A DNA stretch of 63,022 bases from a virus (Duplodnaviria; Caudoviricetes). Of this stretch, positions 36,365 through 46,810 are shown piece by piece. Each line of letters starts with the position of its first letter. Position 1 is the stretch's first letter. The position numbers were made by a program, and so were the translations under genes. Where the stretch lies: positions 1 through 63,022 of IMG/VR virus record IMGVR_UViG_3300031578_012080; one strand, written 5' to 3'. Below the pieces are notes generated by a model, which was not told the origin of the DNA, did no database searches, and worked only from the letters and a program-made list of their open reading frames with translations.

Positions 36365-37164
36365 TTAATTTTTAAATTGTTTGCTGTAATATGATCTTTC
36401 AAAATATTATTCTTATTATACTCACAATCTACATAATCACAATATCTACAACCATCAGCTGGTTTTTTCTCAAATTCATTATTATCAATACAATCAAACA
36501 TCTTATTTACTAATACTACAATTTCATTATAATCTTTATCTTCTACTTTTTGTATAAAAATATCATTTACTTTTTTGGCAGGATGTACAAACAATACAGC
36601 ATCTTCAACATAACCATATTTTTTATTAAGTGCCCAACTATATATTAATCCTTGTATTCTATAATAATCATAATATTTCCCAGTTTTCCAATCTACAATA
36701 AATAATTTATCATCTACTTGAAATATTGCATCAATATATCCTTTTACATTTATTTCATACCTATCATTTTCATATGGTATTATAAATTCTAATTCAATTC
36801 CATAATCTTTTCCAAGATATTTTGCTTTTTGTAACCATTTATTTTTATGAGCCATGGCCACCCAATTTTTTATCATTGTGTAGCCACTCATTTTTGTATA
36901 CTTTAAATATGGATCAGTACACTTATATTCTTTTGTCTTTTGATTAAAAACACCTTCCCAATCATTGAATAAACTCCTTGTTATGAAATCTTTTTTATAA
37001 TAAAAAGCTTTCATTAATTCATGGAATGCTTGAGCTTTAACTAATGTTGCACCGGCTTTTGATATAGGTTCTCGTTTGAGAATCTTATCTTGTTGAAATG
37101 CCCATGGACAACCATCAAATTTACCCAATGTTGAAGCCGATAGATTAAAATCTAATTTTTTCAT
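36361..37164 (-). CDS. PD-(D/E)XK nuclease (RecB/Cas4-like exonuclease)
   Basis: LSAS....GCP, GYIDA, IVDWKTG, Q..IY, C-terminal CRYCDY..C. Confidence 0.85.
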   Translation of the reverse strand: MKKLDFNLSASTLGKFDGCPWAFQQDKILKREPISKAGATLVKAQAFHELMKAFYYKKDFITRSLFNDWEGVFNQKTKEYKCTDPYLKYTKMSGYTMIKNWVAMAHKNKWLQKAKYLGKDYGIELEFIIPYENDRYEINVKGYIDAIFQVDDKLFIVDWKTGKYYDYYRIQGLIYSWALNKKYGYVEDAVLFVHPAKKVNDIFIQKVEDKDYNEIVVLVNKMFDCIDNNEFEKKPADGCRYCDYVDCEYNKNNILKDHITANNLKIK

Positions 37165-38459
37165 TTTTTAAATATATCAACAACAAAATCTATTGCTTTC
37201 TCATTTAATCTCATATTTTCCATTAATTTATATTGTTCTTTATTTGTTGCCATTTTCTCTATCATTGCTGCTTTTTTTTCATCATCATATAATAAGAGTT
37301 TTGATAATGAATTAACGTGTTCTTCAACTTCCTTCTTGTTGGTTGTAATATTATATTTTTTAGCAATATTTTCTAGTATTAATGTTATTCTTACTGTTTC
37401 ACTTGCTTGATCATTATTGTTATCATAGAAATAAACTTTTCCATTTGCATTGTTTTTCAGAAACTCTTTTTCTGTTTTGCCAAGTCTTGTTAAATAATTA
37501 TTCCAATTTCGAGCTATCTCATCATTTACCATTGCATCAGGAATAGGAGCAAATTTTGATTTCTCTTTTATTGAATTTATAACAATACGTTTAAAATTGT
37601 CATCATAATTTTTCTTTTTGACTTTAAATAATTCTTTTTTTACTTCTTCTTTATAATCATCAACAGATTTATATCCCATTCCTATTGCAAATTCTTCATT
37701 TAATTCCTGCTTAACTTTTTGTTTTATCAAATTAAGCTTAACATTAAATTTTGCTCTTTTTCCTGCTTTTGTTTTATCTCTATAATCTTCTGGAAATGTT
37801 ACATCAATAATTCTTTCCTCATCAATTTTCATTCCTATCATTTGATCTTCAAAATTATCGATAAACTGGTGTTTACCATTTTGAAGTTCATTTATACAAA
37901 TTTTATAATCTTTAGCAGTTCCACCCTTGAATGGTTTTTCCTCACCATGTAATATTCCTTCAAAATCAATTACAGCAACATCAAAATTATTAAGTATTTG
38001 TTTATCTGAATCAACAATTTTATCTTTCTTTGCCAAATCTGCTGTTATCTTATTCTGAATTGCATCTTCATCTACTGTTGGTTCAACATATGATAAATCT
38101 AAATTTTCAATCACTGGTAATTTCACATCAGGCTTTAATTCTGCTTTAAATGACATGGTGAAATCACTTTTATCATTTGTTAAATCACCAAAAAAATTGA
38201 AATCACTTGATGATACTATATTATATTGTGCTGCAACTTGTAAATATATTTCATCAATTAAGTTTTTATAAAGTTGTTCTATATCAAAGTTTTTTTCTGC
38301 AATATTTCTTGGAATATTTCCTTTTCTAAATCCCTCTAGTTGTGGCAAATTTTTTCTTATAGTATTATATGTCTTATCTTTTCTTTTTATGAAAGTATCA
38401 GCATCCTCTTTCACAGTAATCAAAACAGGTTGTGACATTTTTTTTAGTTTAACTTCCAT
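37161..38459 (-). CDS. tig: trigger factor (ribosome-associated chaperone/FKBP PPIase)
   Basis: GFRKGNIP ribosome-binding loop; FKBP domain (IDFEG..F.GG.A, FIDNFEDQMIGMK, VTFPEDY, AGK.A.F.V); helical C domain. Confidence 0.93.
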   Translation of the reverse strand: MEVKLKKMSQPVLITVKEDADTFIKRKDKTYNTIRKNLPQLEGFRKGNIPRNIAEKNFDIEQLYKNLIDEIYLQVAAQYNIVSSSDFNFFGDLTNDKSDFTMSFKAELKPDVKLPVIENLDLSYVEPTVDEDAIQNKITADLAKKDKIVDSDKQILNNFDVAVIDFEGILHGEEKPFKGGTAKDYKICINELQNGKHQFIDNFEDQMIGMKIDEERIIDVTFPEDYRDKTKAGKRAKFNVKLNLIKQKVKQELNEEFAIGMGYKSVDDYKEEVKKELFKVKKKNYDDNFKRIVINSIKEKSKFAPIPDAMVNDEIARNWNNYLTRLGKTEKEFLKNNANGKVYFYDNNNDQASETVRITLILENIAKKYNITTNKKEVEEHVNSLSKLLLYDDEKKAAMIEKMATNKEQYKLMENMRLNEKAIDFVVDIFKK

Positions 38460-38480
38460 TTAATACCACCCTTTTATTAA

Positions 38481-39881
38481 TTATTCATTATTATTTTCTT
38501 CATCTTCATCCATCTCTTCATCTTCTTCAAATCGCATACGCTCAAATTGTTTTATAAAAAATGCTTCTTTTATGTCGGAATCTCTTGTTTTTGGAAATTC
38601 AAATTTTGCACGTTGTTTGTCACCTGTTATTCCAATCATATTGTCAGCATTATGACCAATTTTATCACTAAATGCGGCATCAACTGTGTCAACACCTTTT
38701 CCATGTTTATGTCTACTATGTGATTCTCTATTAAATTGACTTGCCGCTATAACTGGAAATGCCATTTTTCTTCCTAATAATTTTAAATCCCATGTTATAG
38801 CACCAATTTTATCATCAACTGTCTTATCATTTGGAACCATTTGATAAAGTGGATCAATTATTAATAAATCAACTTTTTCGTTTATTGCATTTTCGAAAGC
38901 TATAATTCTAGATTCAATAAATGAAGCATTACAATTTTCAGGTGCATCAATAAAATATAAAAAATTATCATGTGCATCTTTTTCTTTTTTTAATTGTTTT
39001 TCTAAATATTCAATCTCTTGATCTTCTAATAATTCTGGACGCTTCAGCTTATTATAATTTATACCACTAATGTGACAATAATACCTATTCCTTTGTTGAT
39101 CTAGAGGCATCTCTATTGTTATCACAATGACATTATAACGACTGTTATATGCATGACCGGCAAAATTAAGTAGTAAAACAGACTTACCCATTCCTGGACG
39201 ACCAAGAACAATAGTTAATTCTCCTGGAAACCAACCACCAGTCGCCCTATCGATTACGCTATATCCACTTGGGATACCTCTATATTTTGACGGATCTTTT
39301 TTCTTTGCTTTTATAAGATCCATATCCCTCTTAATATCATGAAAGATATTTTCTTCAATCATTCTAAAACTACCTGAACCAGCAGATATTTTAACTATTG
39401 TATCTGATATAGTTTGAATCATTTTTCTAGAATCAACTGTTGATTGATTACTATGAATCTTTTTTAATGAATCATTAACATCTAAATTAAGATCAAATAC
39501 AATTCTACAATTTTGCAACTCTTTAAGTTTATTTAAAGTGATTTTAAATGACTTGGGCTCAAAATCTTTTTCAAATATTTTATCTAACAGTATTTCCTTG
39601 TTTTCAAACTCATCTTTGTTTGTATATTTATGCTTTAGATTTTCTATAAGCATATTCTTTTCGAGACATTCTGAATGTTTTATATAATTCGAAACAATCT
39701 GTTCATATAACCATTTTTTAAATGCAGAATAAAAAATTTCATTACTCAAACCAAAGTTTACAACATAACCAATATTTGAATTAATTTCATTTACGTTGAA
39801 TTCACTATCTTTACTTGCATTATATAATAAACAACGCAAAACTCGATCTTCTAATTCTATATCAACAAACGGTTTTGGCAC
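38481..39881 (-). CDS. dnaB: replicative DNA helicase
   Basis: GIPSGY..ID..TGG, GRPGMGKS, IEM, IIDP, SQFNR, ADNMI. Confidence 0.9.
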   Translation of the reverse strand: MPKPFVDIELEDRVLRCLLYNASKDSEFNVNEINSNIGYVVNFGLSNEIFYSAFKKWLYEQIVSNYIKHSECLEKNMLIENLKHKYTNKDEFENKEILLDKIFEKDFEPKSFKITLNKLKELQNCRIVFDLNLDVNDSLKKIHSNQSTVDSRKMIQTISDTIVKISAGSGSFRMIEENIFHDIKRDMDLIKAKKKDPSKYRGIPSGYSVIDRATGGWFPGELTIVLGRPGMGKSVLLLNFAGHAYNSRYNVIVITIEMPLDQQRNRYYCHISGINYNKLKRPELLEDQEIEYLEKQLKKEKDAHDNFLYFIDAPENCNASFIESRIIAFENAINEKVDLLIIDPLYQMVPNDKTVDDKIGAITWDLKLLGRKMAFPVIAASQFNRESHSRHKHGKGVDTVDAAFSDKIGHNADNMIGITGDKQRAKFEFPKTRDSDIKEAFFIKQFERMRFEEDEEMDEDEENNNE

Positions 39882-40624
39882 TATTTATCGCCCTTTTTCT
39901 CTAATAGTTCATCCATTAATTTTTCACCTAATAAATCTCTGTAATCATCACCAATAAGATCAATTTCTATTAGTCTTTCTTTGAAATTAGAATATAATGC
40001 ATCACCAAAAACATCTTTATTGTCCCTTAACTCATGATTTGCTGTGATTATAGTTACTTTATTGGCATCATCACGTTTTGTGAAGATTTCATCAATATGG
40101 ACTCTTTCCTTTTCAGAAACATCAAATAATCTTACAATATCATCAACAACTAATATATCTGTATTGTCCACTATATAATCCCAATATATTTTTCTATCCT
40201 CACTCTTCCAACCAGAGCGTGCAAAATTAATTATTTCAGATGATTTGCAGAAAAAACATTTATAATGTTGTTTAATAGCTTCTTTAAGTATAATAATAGA
40301 AATAGTAGTTTTTGCCACACCATGTGGGCCCGAAAGATATAATCCTATTCCTTTTTTAACTGCATTTTCAAGATTATTTAAATAACTATCAATTTTATCA
40401 ATAGAATCATAATTTTTTTCAACTGTTAATATTCTTTTCTTTATTTTATCTAATTCAAATTTAAAATATTTTTGTGGTATATTTGCTAAAATATAATTTG
40501 TGTCTAACCATTTTTTAATAGAATCAATATTTTCTAATCTTTGATAAACCTTCTCATTTCCAAATTGAGTCAGTTCTCTGAATCTAAAATAATGATTCCA
40601 AAAATCTTTTTTCTTAGTCATCAT
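39881..40624 (-). CDS. dnaC: DnaC/IstB-like helicase loader
   Basis: ANIP.KY, GLYLSGPHGVAKT, ILVVDDI, TIITAN, GDDYR. Confidence 0.85.
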   Translation of the reverse strand: MMTKKKDFWNHYFRFRELTQFGNEKVYQRLENIDSIKKWLDTNYILANIPQKYFKFELDKIKKRILTVEKNYDSIDKIDSYLNNLENAVKKGIGLYLSGPHGVAKTTISIIILKEAIKQHYKCFFCKSSEIINFARSGWKSEDRKIYWDYIVDNTDILVVDDIVRLFDVSEKERVHIDEIFTKRDDANKVTIITANHELRDNKDVFGDALYSNFKERLIEIDLIGDDYRDLLGEKLMDELLEKKGDK

Positions 40625-41561
40625 TTAACCAATCATATCCATTAAATATTTCATCTTCATTGTTTTCATCTTTTAAAATTTTGACACCTTCATTATATAA
40701 TTTTTTAAGACCTTTTATATCATTTAATTCTAAATATGAATTATATGCTATATTGTCATTAATTTGCCCTTTTGCTATTTTAATTGCTAGATTTCTATTA
40801 CTTTCATTTTTTTCATCTGCATATTTATCTAAATTTTTAGATTTGAAATCATTACTTGAATTTTTTTGAATTGATTCAAATTTTCGTTCATCTTGTATAT
40901 TTCTTAATATTCCTAAAATATAATTTGGATGTCTATTAGCATATAATTTCTCATCATTATTATAAATGTCACAAACTTTTTCTAATATTTTTTCATTTAC
41001 TTCTAATAATGGTTCAGCCAGTTTTCTTATATCTTCAAGTTCAACTTTCTTATTTTTCTTATTATAATATTCAATAGTTCCTTCTATTGTTTTTCTTAAT
41101 TTCTTAATAACTGTTTCTTTTGAACACCTTGGTAAAATACTTTCTTCAATATACTTATCTAAATATATTTTTATATTCTTCTTTCTTCTTATTTTACCTT
41201 TTTTATCAAATATTTTTATAGAAAATTCACCCTTATCATCAGAGTCATTATCTGAATATATTTTAGTTAAATTTAATACATAAACATTGTTTTTATAATA
41301 TCTTTTTGCTAATTCCCAATATGATAATTCTCCCCAAACACTTTCTATAATATCATTATCATCACCAATAATAATTTGACTTTTAAAAACCGAAAATGGT
41401 ACTTCGAATTCATCTTTTTTATCTTTATACTCTTCTTCATTATCAATATAAAATTTATAAAATCTAATTAGAGTATTAAATGCTTCCGGTGATAATAAAA
41501 AACAATATCTTTGAAGAAAGACACTTGGTATTTTATAATACTCCATATTATTTTTTGCCAA
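40614..41561 (-). CDS. putative replication initiator (DnaD/replisome organiser-like)
   Basis: Directly upstream of dnaC-dnaB; wHTH-like N-terminus and a NYILGILRN DnaD-like motif. Confidence 0.5.
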   Translation of the reverse strand: MAKNNMEYYKIPSVFLQRYCFLLSPEAFNTLIRFYKFYIDNEEEYKDKKDEFEVPFSVFKSQIIIGDDNDIIESVWGELSYWELAKRYYKNNVYVLNLTKIYSDNDSDDKGEFSIKIFDKKGKIRRKKNIKIYLDKYIEESILPRCSKETVIKKLRKTIEGTIEYYNKKNKKVELEDIRKLAEPLLEVNEKILEKVCDIYNNDEKLYANRHPNYILGILRNIQDERKFESIQKNSSNDFKSKNLDKYADEKNESNRNLAIKIAKGQINDNIAYNSYLELNDIKGLKKLYNEGVKILKDENNEDEIFNGYDWLNDD

Positions 41562-41609
41562 CTTGAATTAAAATAAATTTTGATGGTCAATATTTAAATT
41601 TATAATGAA

Positions 41610-41629
41610 TATTATATAATTTTTCACAA
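41610..41629 (-). promoter_or_regulatory. putative phage promoter/operator, second copy
   Basis: TTGTGAAAAATTATATAATA, 18/20 identical to 13310-13329. Confidence 0.55.
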
Positions 41630-41647
41630 CAAAATTATCATAATATT

Positions 41648-43126
41648 TTAAAAATGTTCTCTGACTTCAAATTCTTTTTCCATATTATATATTTCTATTC
41701 TTCTCTTTGATTGTCCAGTCAAATATCGTATACGATCATAAAAATCTACAATGATTGCCTCTTCCTTTATATTATTTTCAACATTTGGATATGGTCGTAA
41801 TGTTCTACCAATCCTTTGAAAACATTTGATTAGTGATTTTCCACCTCCAGCAAGTATAGCAGCATCAAGAGCAGGTAAATCCAGTCCTTCATCAGCAACG
41901 GTAGTACCAATCAATACATTTAATTCTCTTTCTCTTATTTTTTGTAATAATATTTTCCTATCTTTCTTTTTTACTTCACCTCTTATAAATGCAGCTTTTA
42001 TATCGGGTATCTCTTCTTCTAACATCTTTAAAATTATTTTTCCATGTTTTATCAATGAAACTGTTATTAGTACAGTCTTATCCATTTCTAAAAATCTATG
42101 AACACAATCAATTATCAATCCATTTCTTTCATCATTTTCAACAATATATTCTTTATATATTGTTCTAAATTTCTTTCTAAAAAATTGATACTTTGTAATC
42201 TTATTTGGTGGCAATATATAAATAATAGGTCTAACTAAAAATCCTCTTTCAATTAAATATGAAGCCGTAATATTTGCAATTATTTTTCCAGTATATGCTT
42301 CAAGTATTATATCAGTTGAATCATATTTAAAAGGCGTTGCGCTCAATCCGTATTTATAAAATGCATTTTCCGCCAGTGTTAAGAAGTTTACAAATGATAC
42401 CGCCTTTGAATGTTGACATTCATCATTTATAACTACATCAGCATTCTCAACCATTCTTCTTACTTCATCTTTTTTATTTAATATCTTTTCTGAAATTTCT
42501 TCTTTTATATATGATTCATCATCAATAGGTTCATATTCATATCCTAACGCCGCATTTATTGTTTGAATAGTAGCAACAGTAAACTTTTTTATTTCACAAT
42601 GTCCGCCGCCTAGTCTTCCAATTTCAAGTTGCAACATATCTGAAATTTCATCATATGCCTGTTCCAAAAGATCAATGGTATGTACAACAAAAATTGTATT
42701 TAAATTCAATCGTGCAATGATGGAAGCACCAATCACAGTCTTACCACCACCAGTGGCAACTTTTATTATGCCTCTTTGTGCTATTATTGCATCATCAATT
42801 ATTTTTTGTTGATAGTCTCTGTACTCTTTACCATGTACTTTCAATTCTTTTGTCTGTTTAGGATATTCTCGTTCATCGACAACATCAAATTTAACTTTGT
42901 GTTTATCAAATACATTTGAAACATATGAATAAAGACCAGTAGGATATTTTACTTCATTACCATTATGTAGAAGGGAATATTTGTAATTCACAGATTCTTT
43001 TCTAAATGGAGAATATTCCTGAATTATATATGATAAATCTTCATTTATCTCTTTCAATAATTCGTGGTCTAATTCTTCCTTAGATTTTATGTGAGTCCAA
43101 ATATTCCCTAATTCAAGTTCAACCAT
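41648..43126 (-). CDS. SF2 DNA helicase (UvsW/XPB-like)
   Basis: RDYQ, ATGGGKT, DECQH, GLSATP, EGLDLP, QRIGR.LR. Confidence 0.9.
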   Translation of the reverse strand: MVELELGNIWTHIKSKEELDHELLKEINEDLSYIIQEYSPFRKESVNYKYSLLHNGNEVKYPTGLYSYVSNVFDKHKVKFDVVDEREYPKQTKELKVHGKEYRDYQQKIIDDAIIAQRGIIKVATGGGKTVIGASIIARLNLNTIFVVHTIDLLEQAYDEISDMLQLEIGRLGGGHCEIKKFTVATIQTINAALGYEYEPIDDESYIKEEISEKILNKKDEVRRMVENADVVINDECQHSKAVSFVNFLTLAENAFYKYGLSATPFKYDSTDIILEAYTGKIIANITASYLIERGFLVRPIIYILPPNKITKYQFFRKKFRTIYKEYIVENDERNGLIIDCVHRFLEMDKTVLITVSLIKHGKIILKMLEEEIPDIKAAFIRGEVKKKDRKILLQKIRERELNVLIGTTVADEGLDLPALDAAILAGGGKSLIKCFQRIGRTLRPYPNVENNIKEEAIIVDFYDRIRYLTGQSKRRIEIYNMEKEFEVREHF

Positions 43127-43200
43127 ATACTTATTAATTTCTTATTTAATCCTTTATGAAATTTTAATTATTTTTATAATAAAACATCAATAAAATTTCA

Positions 43201-46200
43201 TTATTTAATTAATAGTTTTTCATTTAATCTAAAAATATCATAGTGAACTTGTCCTTCTGCTGCTTTATGAACACCTTTATTTCCTATTTGAATAAACAAA
43301 AACATTTCACGTGTTCCTCTATCAATTACCAACAATGGCATTATAAATTCTGCATTTGTTGGATCAGTTGTTGGGTCTTCAAATATAACTTCTAAAAATG
43401 GATTATCTAAAAATCCTCTTGAAGTTGTTTCAGGAGAAGCAGGCATTGTTATTTCAGATTCTTCCCATAATTTGCCACCACCATAGTATCCTAAAACTTC
43501 ATACGCAGCTTGTGTAATAATATCTGTATCAAATTTTAAAGTACCACAACTTCCTAATTCAACTTTTGAACCATCTCTTAGATAATCATCAAATGAACCA
43601 GGCAATCTTATTGAAAGTGGTGTATAATTAATATTTGAAGTTCCCAATGTAGTATTTGCAACAACCCCTCCGCCTGTTCCATTATTAAAGAAAAGTCCAT
43701 TTTGTCTTTTATATAACATTTCAATAGCTTTACTTCCTACATCTGAACCTTGATACGGTGAATATTTGTAAACCATTTTTAGTTGTGCGCTTCTATGTGC
43801 TGCTCCAAGATAGTCAACATCAAGCCAAAGTGGTGTTTCATCAGACATTGTATTAAAATACAATGCAATATCTGCATCTGATCCGGTACAATCAATAATA
43901 AAACCATTCACATCATATCCATCGCCACTACCATTCCTCACAGGTATTTCTCTTCCTGCCCATCTATAATGGGTTACTAATGCACCGCCTGGTATATCAT
44001 ATTGAACACCTGTCGTGTTGTTATATAATCTTACGTAAGTACCTTTTGTATCACCTGTTACATTATGATGTTCAAATACGGCACCATAATCACCAGGATC
44101 ACCAAGATTATTTATTAACAATTCTACTTCACTACCTGTAAACGCACCAGTTGGATCATATTTGAGGGATTCAAGTTCAGCAATATATTTATCCTCATGA
44201 ATGATGAAATAATTTTCAGTTACATCTAGATCACTGATCTGTAAATTTGTTTCTGATTTTGTTGCAACTTCTGTTCCACCAGTGGCAGCTGAATAAATAC
44301 CTTTTACATGTTGTAATGGAAAAGGAACATATAATGCTTTTGTACTAGCAGGACCCGCATCAATTGTTTCTACAGATAATAATCTTGTTCCACCATCTTT
44401 TGTTGAAGTCGTTTCAATAAGCGGACTAAAGAATAATTCCTTTCTTCCATTAATAATATCAATTTCTTTATAAACTTGAGTATCATCTTCATTTTCAAAA
44501 GGATGATTGAATAAAACGTTTTTATTCATCATAATATTCTCAAATGTTTCGCCTCTTAATACAGTTCCTGTAGAAAATGAAGCATGATCTACATATGAAA
44601 CTTTGTAAAAATCAATAGGAACACTTGTTAATCCTTGACCAGCAGGATAAGTTAGTGTATAATAAATCCAAACACTTTTCTGAGTTCCTAAAATAAAAGT
44701 TCCACTACCATTAAATGTAAACAAATAAGGATCAGCAAGAGTACCTGTACCTGACCAGGTTCCAGCAGTACTCATATTAGTTTTATTTTTATCTTCAGTA
44801 TAAATTTCAGGAGTACCATCAATTACTGTACCAGTTGGCAATTTAGTAGTTATTTGAACAGTAATTGTATTACCGGCTGCCCAATTTCCAGTACCACTAC
44901 TTCTATATGCATCAAGACTTGTATCAGTTGTATCATAAGCTACTTTTGCATATATAACTTCTTGATCAGTTTCAGTATCAGACCATACAGTTCTTTTTCC
45001 ACTTGTTCCTTCATTGCCTAAGAAATCTGTATAGCCATTAATATCAGAATCTGCAATTGAATCATACTGTAAAAAATTTGTTTTAGCTGAAGATAATGTT
45101 CCACTAAATAAACGATGAAGATTTTCTTCCATTATTTTATCGAGATTCACATCTGGAAAATTAACCTTAAAACGCATATCTAAAATATCATCAAAATCTA
45201 TTCCATCATTAAATTTGCCATCAGGTCTATCAGAAATTGTATCAGCTAAAACTGTTGCATTTTGTTGTTGATTTTCATATGCAGCAGAAGGATTTGCACC
45301 TGTATCGTTATAAGCTTGATTTCCCCTTCTAGATACTTTAAACATTGGAACGGCATAAGTATATCCATCAGCAGTTCCTAATGCAGTTCTTGAAGCTTCA
45401 TCACCTGCACCGGCTCTCCATAATCCAGGATCATTTAAAACAATATCCATATTTGTAAAATTATATCCTGACATTTGTGGATTAATAGCTGCTCCTTGAC
45501 CTTGAACATTTGCAGTATCATCAAATCCAGTAGAAAAAACATTTGTAAATGTTACTTCATCAACAACTCTTATTCTATATTGAAGCTGAATTCTTTGAGA
45601 TGTTTCAATTCCATCTTCTGATGGTTTTATTGTTGGATCAACAATATCATCAGGAAGATTTGTTCCACCATATTGTGTATTTCCATAAGCATAGATTTCT
45701 GTAAGAGACGGTTTATTCTGTGTTATTGGATTATTGTTAGGGTCTCTTGAACGAACTTGTGCATAGAATACTTCTAAAAATACAAAATCATTTCTTCCTT
45801 CTGTTGTTGCTGCTGAAAGTTCAATAGAATTCAATGAAGCATCAGTATAATTCACACCACCTACAATCATTGGCCAACCATTCACAATAATATTTGGCTT
45901 ATCAATATCTTTCTGATCAAGCGAAGAATAAAATTGAAATGTGTTTGCAATTGCTGAATTACCAATAGGAAATTTATTTCTTCCCATATTCAGCCAACCA
46001 CTTGGAATTTTTGAACTAACTAGGTTTCTTAACCATTCTGATCCAACATCATCCAATAAATTCCATTCTGAATCAAGTGCAGGTTTTCCTGTTCTCCAAA
46101 CTATATTGACCCAAAATCTGTTCTTTGCTTGTAAAGTTCTACTTACAACTTCTTCACTTGGAATATAACCTTTGTTATAATTTCTTGTACCTTCGTTCAT

Positions 46201-46206
46201 TACCAT
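43201..46206 (-). CDS. virion tail/baseplate-associated structural protein (DUF4815/DUF6519-like N-terminus)
   Basis: GKPALDSEWN, R.DFVFLEV, IETSQRIQLQYRIRV, RPDGKF.D...DDILDMR; Gly/Thr-rich beta body. Confidence 0.7.
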   Translation of the reverse strand: MVMNEGTRNYNKGYIPSEEVVSRTLQAKNRFWVNIVWRTGKPALDSEWNLLDDVGSEWLRNLVSSKIPSGWLNMGRNKFPIGNSAIANTFQFYSSLDQKDIDKPNIIVNGWPMIVGGVNYTDASLNSIELSAATTEGRNDFVFLEVFYAQVRSRDPNNNPITQNKPSLTEIYAYGNTQYGGTNLPDDIVDPTIKPSEDGIETSQRIQLQYRIRVVDEVTFTNVFSTGFDDTANVQGQGAAINPQMSGYNFTNMDIVLNDPGLWRAGAGDEASRTALGTADGYTYAVPMFKVSRRGNQAYNDTGANPSAAYENQQQNATVLADTISDRPDGKFNDGIDFDDILDMRFKVNFPDVNLDKIMEENLHRLFSGTLSSAKTNFLQYDSIADSDINGYTDFLGNEGTSGKRTVWSDTETDQEVIYAKVAYDTTDTSLDAYRSSGTGNWAAGNTITVQITTKLPTGTVIDGTPEIYTEDKNKTNMSTAGTWSGTGTLADPYLFTFNGSGTFILGTQKSVWIYYTLTYPAGQGLTSVPIDFYKVSYVDHASFSTGTVLRGETFENIMMNKNVLFNHPFENEDDTQVYKEIDIINGRKELFFSPLIETTSTKDGGTRLLSVETIDAGPASTKALYVPFPLQHVKGIYSAATGGTEVATKSETNLQISDLDVTENYFIIHEDKYIAELESLKYDPTGAFTGSEVELLINNLGDPGDYGAVFEHHNVTGDTKGTYVRLYNNTTGVQYDIPGGALVTHYRWAGREIPVRNGSGDGYDVNGFIIDCTGSDADIALYFNTMSDETPLWLDVDYLGAAHRSAQLKMVYKYSPYQGSDVGSKAIEMLYKRQNGLFFNNGTGGGVVANTTLGTSNINYTPLSIRLPGSFDDYLRDGSKVELGSCGTLKFDTDIITQAAYEVLGYYGGGKLWEESEITMPASPETTSRGFLDNPFLEVIFEDPTTDPTNAEFIMPLLVIDRGTREMFLFIQIGNKGVHKAAEGQVHYDIFRLNEKLLIK

Positions 46207-46445
46207 CCTCCTAATTTATATTTTATTTCATCAAGGACAAATTTATTTATCTGAAATTGTAACTTACTATTAAAATTTAAATTTTCTGGTGGATATTCTT
46301 CTTGTAATTTTTTAAAAATTTTATCTCTTAAATCTAGATCATTTGCTACTCTTGAAGGAAGTAGATCCCAATTTAAAATTAAACTACCATCTTTAGATAT
46401 TGTCACTACTTTCACTTTACTATCCTTATTTAAATTGTGAAACAT
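46200..46445 (-). CDS. hypothetical protein
   Basis: 81-aa ORF overlapping both neighbours. Confidence 0.65.
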   Translation of the reverse strand: MFHNLNKDSKVKVVTISKDGSLILNWDLLPSRVANDLDLRDKIFKKLQEEYPPENLNFNSKLQFQINKFVLDEIKYKLGGW

Positions 46446-46752
46446 TCATTATGAATAAATTATTATTCTGAACTATGTCTCTTAATCTTTCTTCACCAAT
46501 CTCATTTCCCCATATTGTTTTTGAAAATTCAGTTAAAATCAACCAAATATCCTTTGATAGTTTTATAAATTTATCCTCTATATTTTTATCATCAAGTTCA
46601 AAATCATTTAATAAATTTATAAAATCTATTTCTGAATATCTATAATTTCCACCAACGGTTTTCTTAGGAAATATTTTTTTTTGTTTACACAACTTATATA
46701 AAGTTGGTCGTGAAATATTTAATCTTTTAGTTATATCTCCTGTCGTATACAT
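46426..46752 (-). CDS. MerR/excisionase-type winged-HTH regulator
   Basis: MYTTGDITKRLNISRPTLY......I.P.KTVGGNYRYS (IS607/BldC-type HTH); no resolvase domain follows. Confidence 0.8.
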   Translation of the reverse strand: MYTTGDITKRLNISRPTLYKLCKQKKIFPKKTVGGNYRYSEIDFINLLNDFELDDKNIEDKFIKLSKDIWLILTEFSKTIWGNEIGEERLRDIVQNNNLFIMNVSQFK

Positions 46753-46765
46753 CTTAATATTAATC

Positions 46766-46792
46766 CTTTTACAGTTTTTACTGATTTTTACT
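46766..46792 (-). repeat. three short direct repeats (GTAAAA) upstream of the MerR-like gene
   Basis: Minus strand AGTAAAAATC AGTAAAAACT GTAAAAG; 9-10 bp period. Confidence 0.55.
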
Positions 46793-46810
46793 ATATGGTT
46801 TTATAAAGAC

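Noticed and set aside
36361-37164. Cas4 as part of a CRISPR-Cas system
   Set aside because: No other cas genes or array; stand-alone PD-(D/E)XK nucleases are common in phage replication modules.
8999-39881. Inteins or introns in dnaE, recA and dnaB
   Set aside because: Conserved motifs are contiguous and no splicing or LAGLIDADG signatures are seen.
40614-41647. Iteron-type replication origin in the initiator gene
   Set aside because: No convincing direct repeats beyond low-complexity A/T runs.
46426-46752. IS607 transposase
   Set aside because: Only the HTH is present; there is no serine recombinase domain or TnpB.
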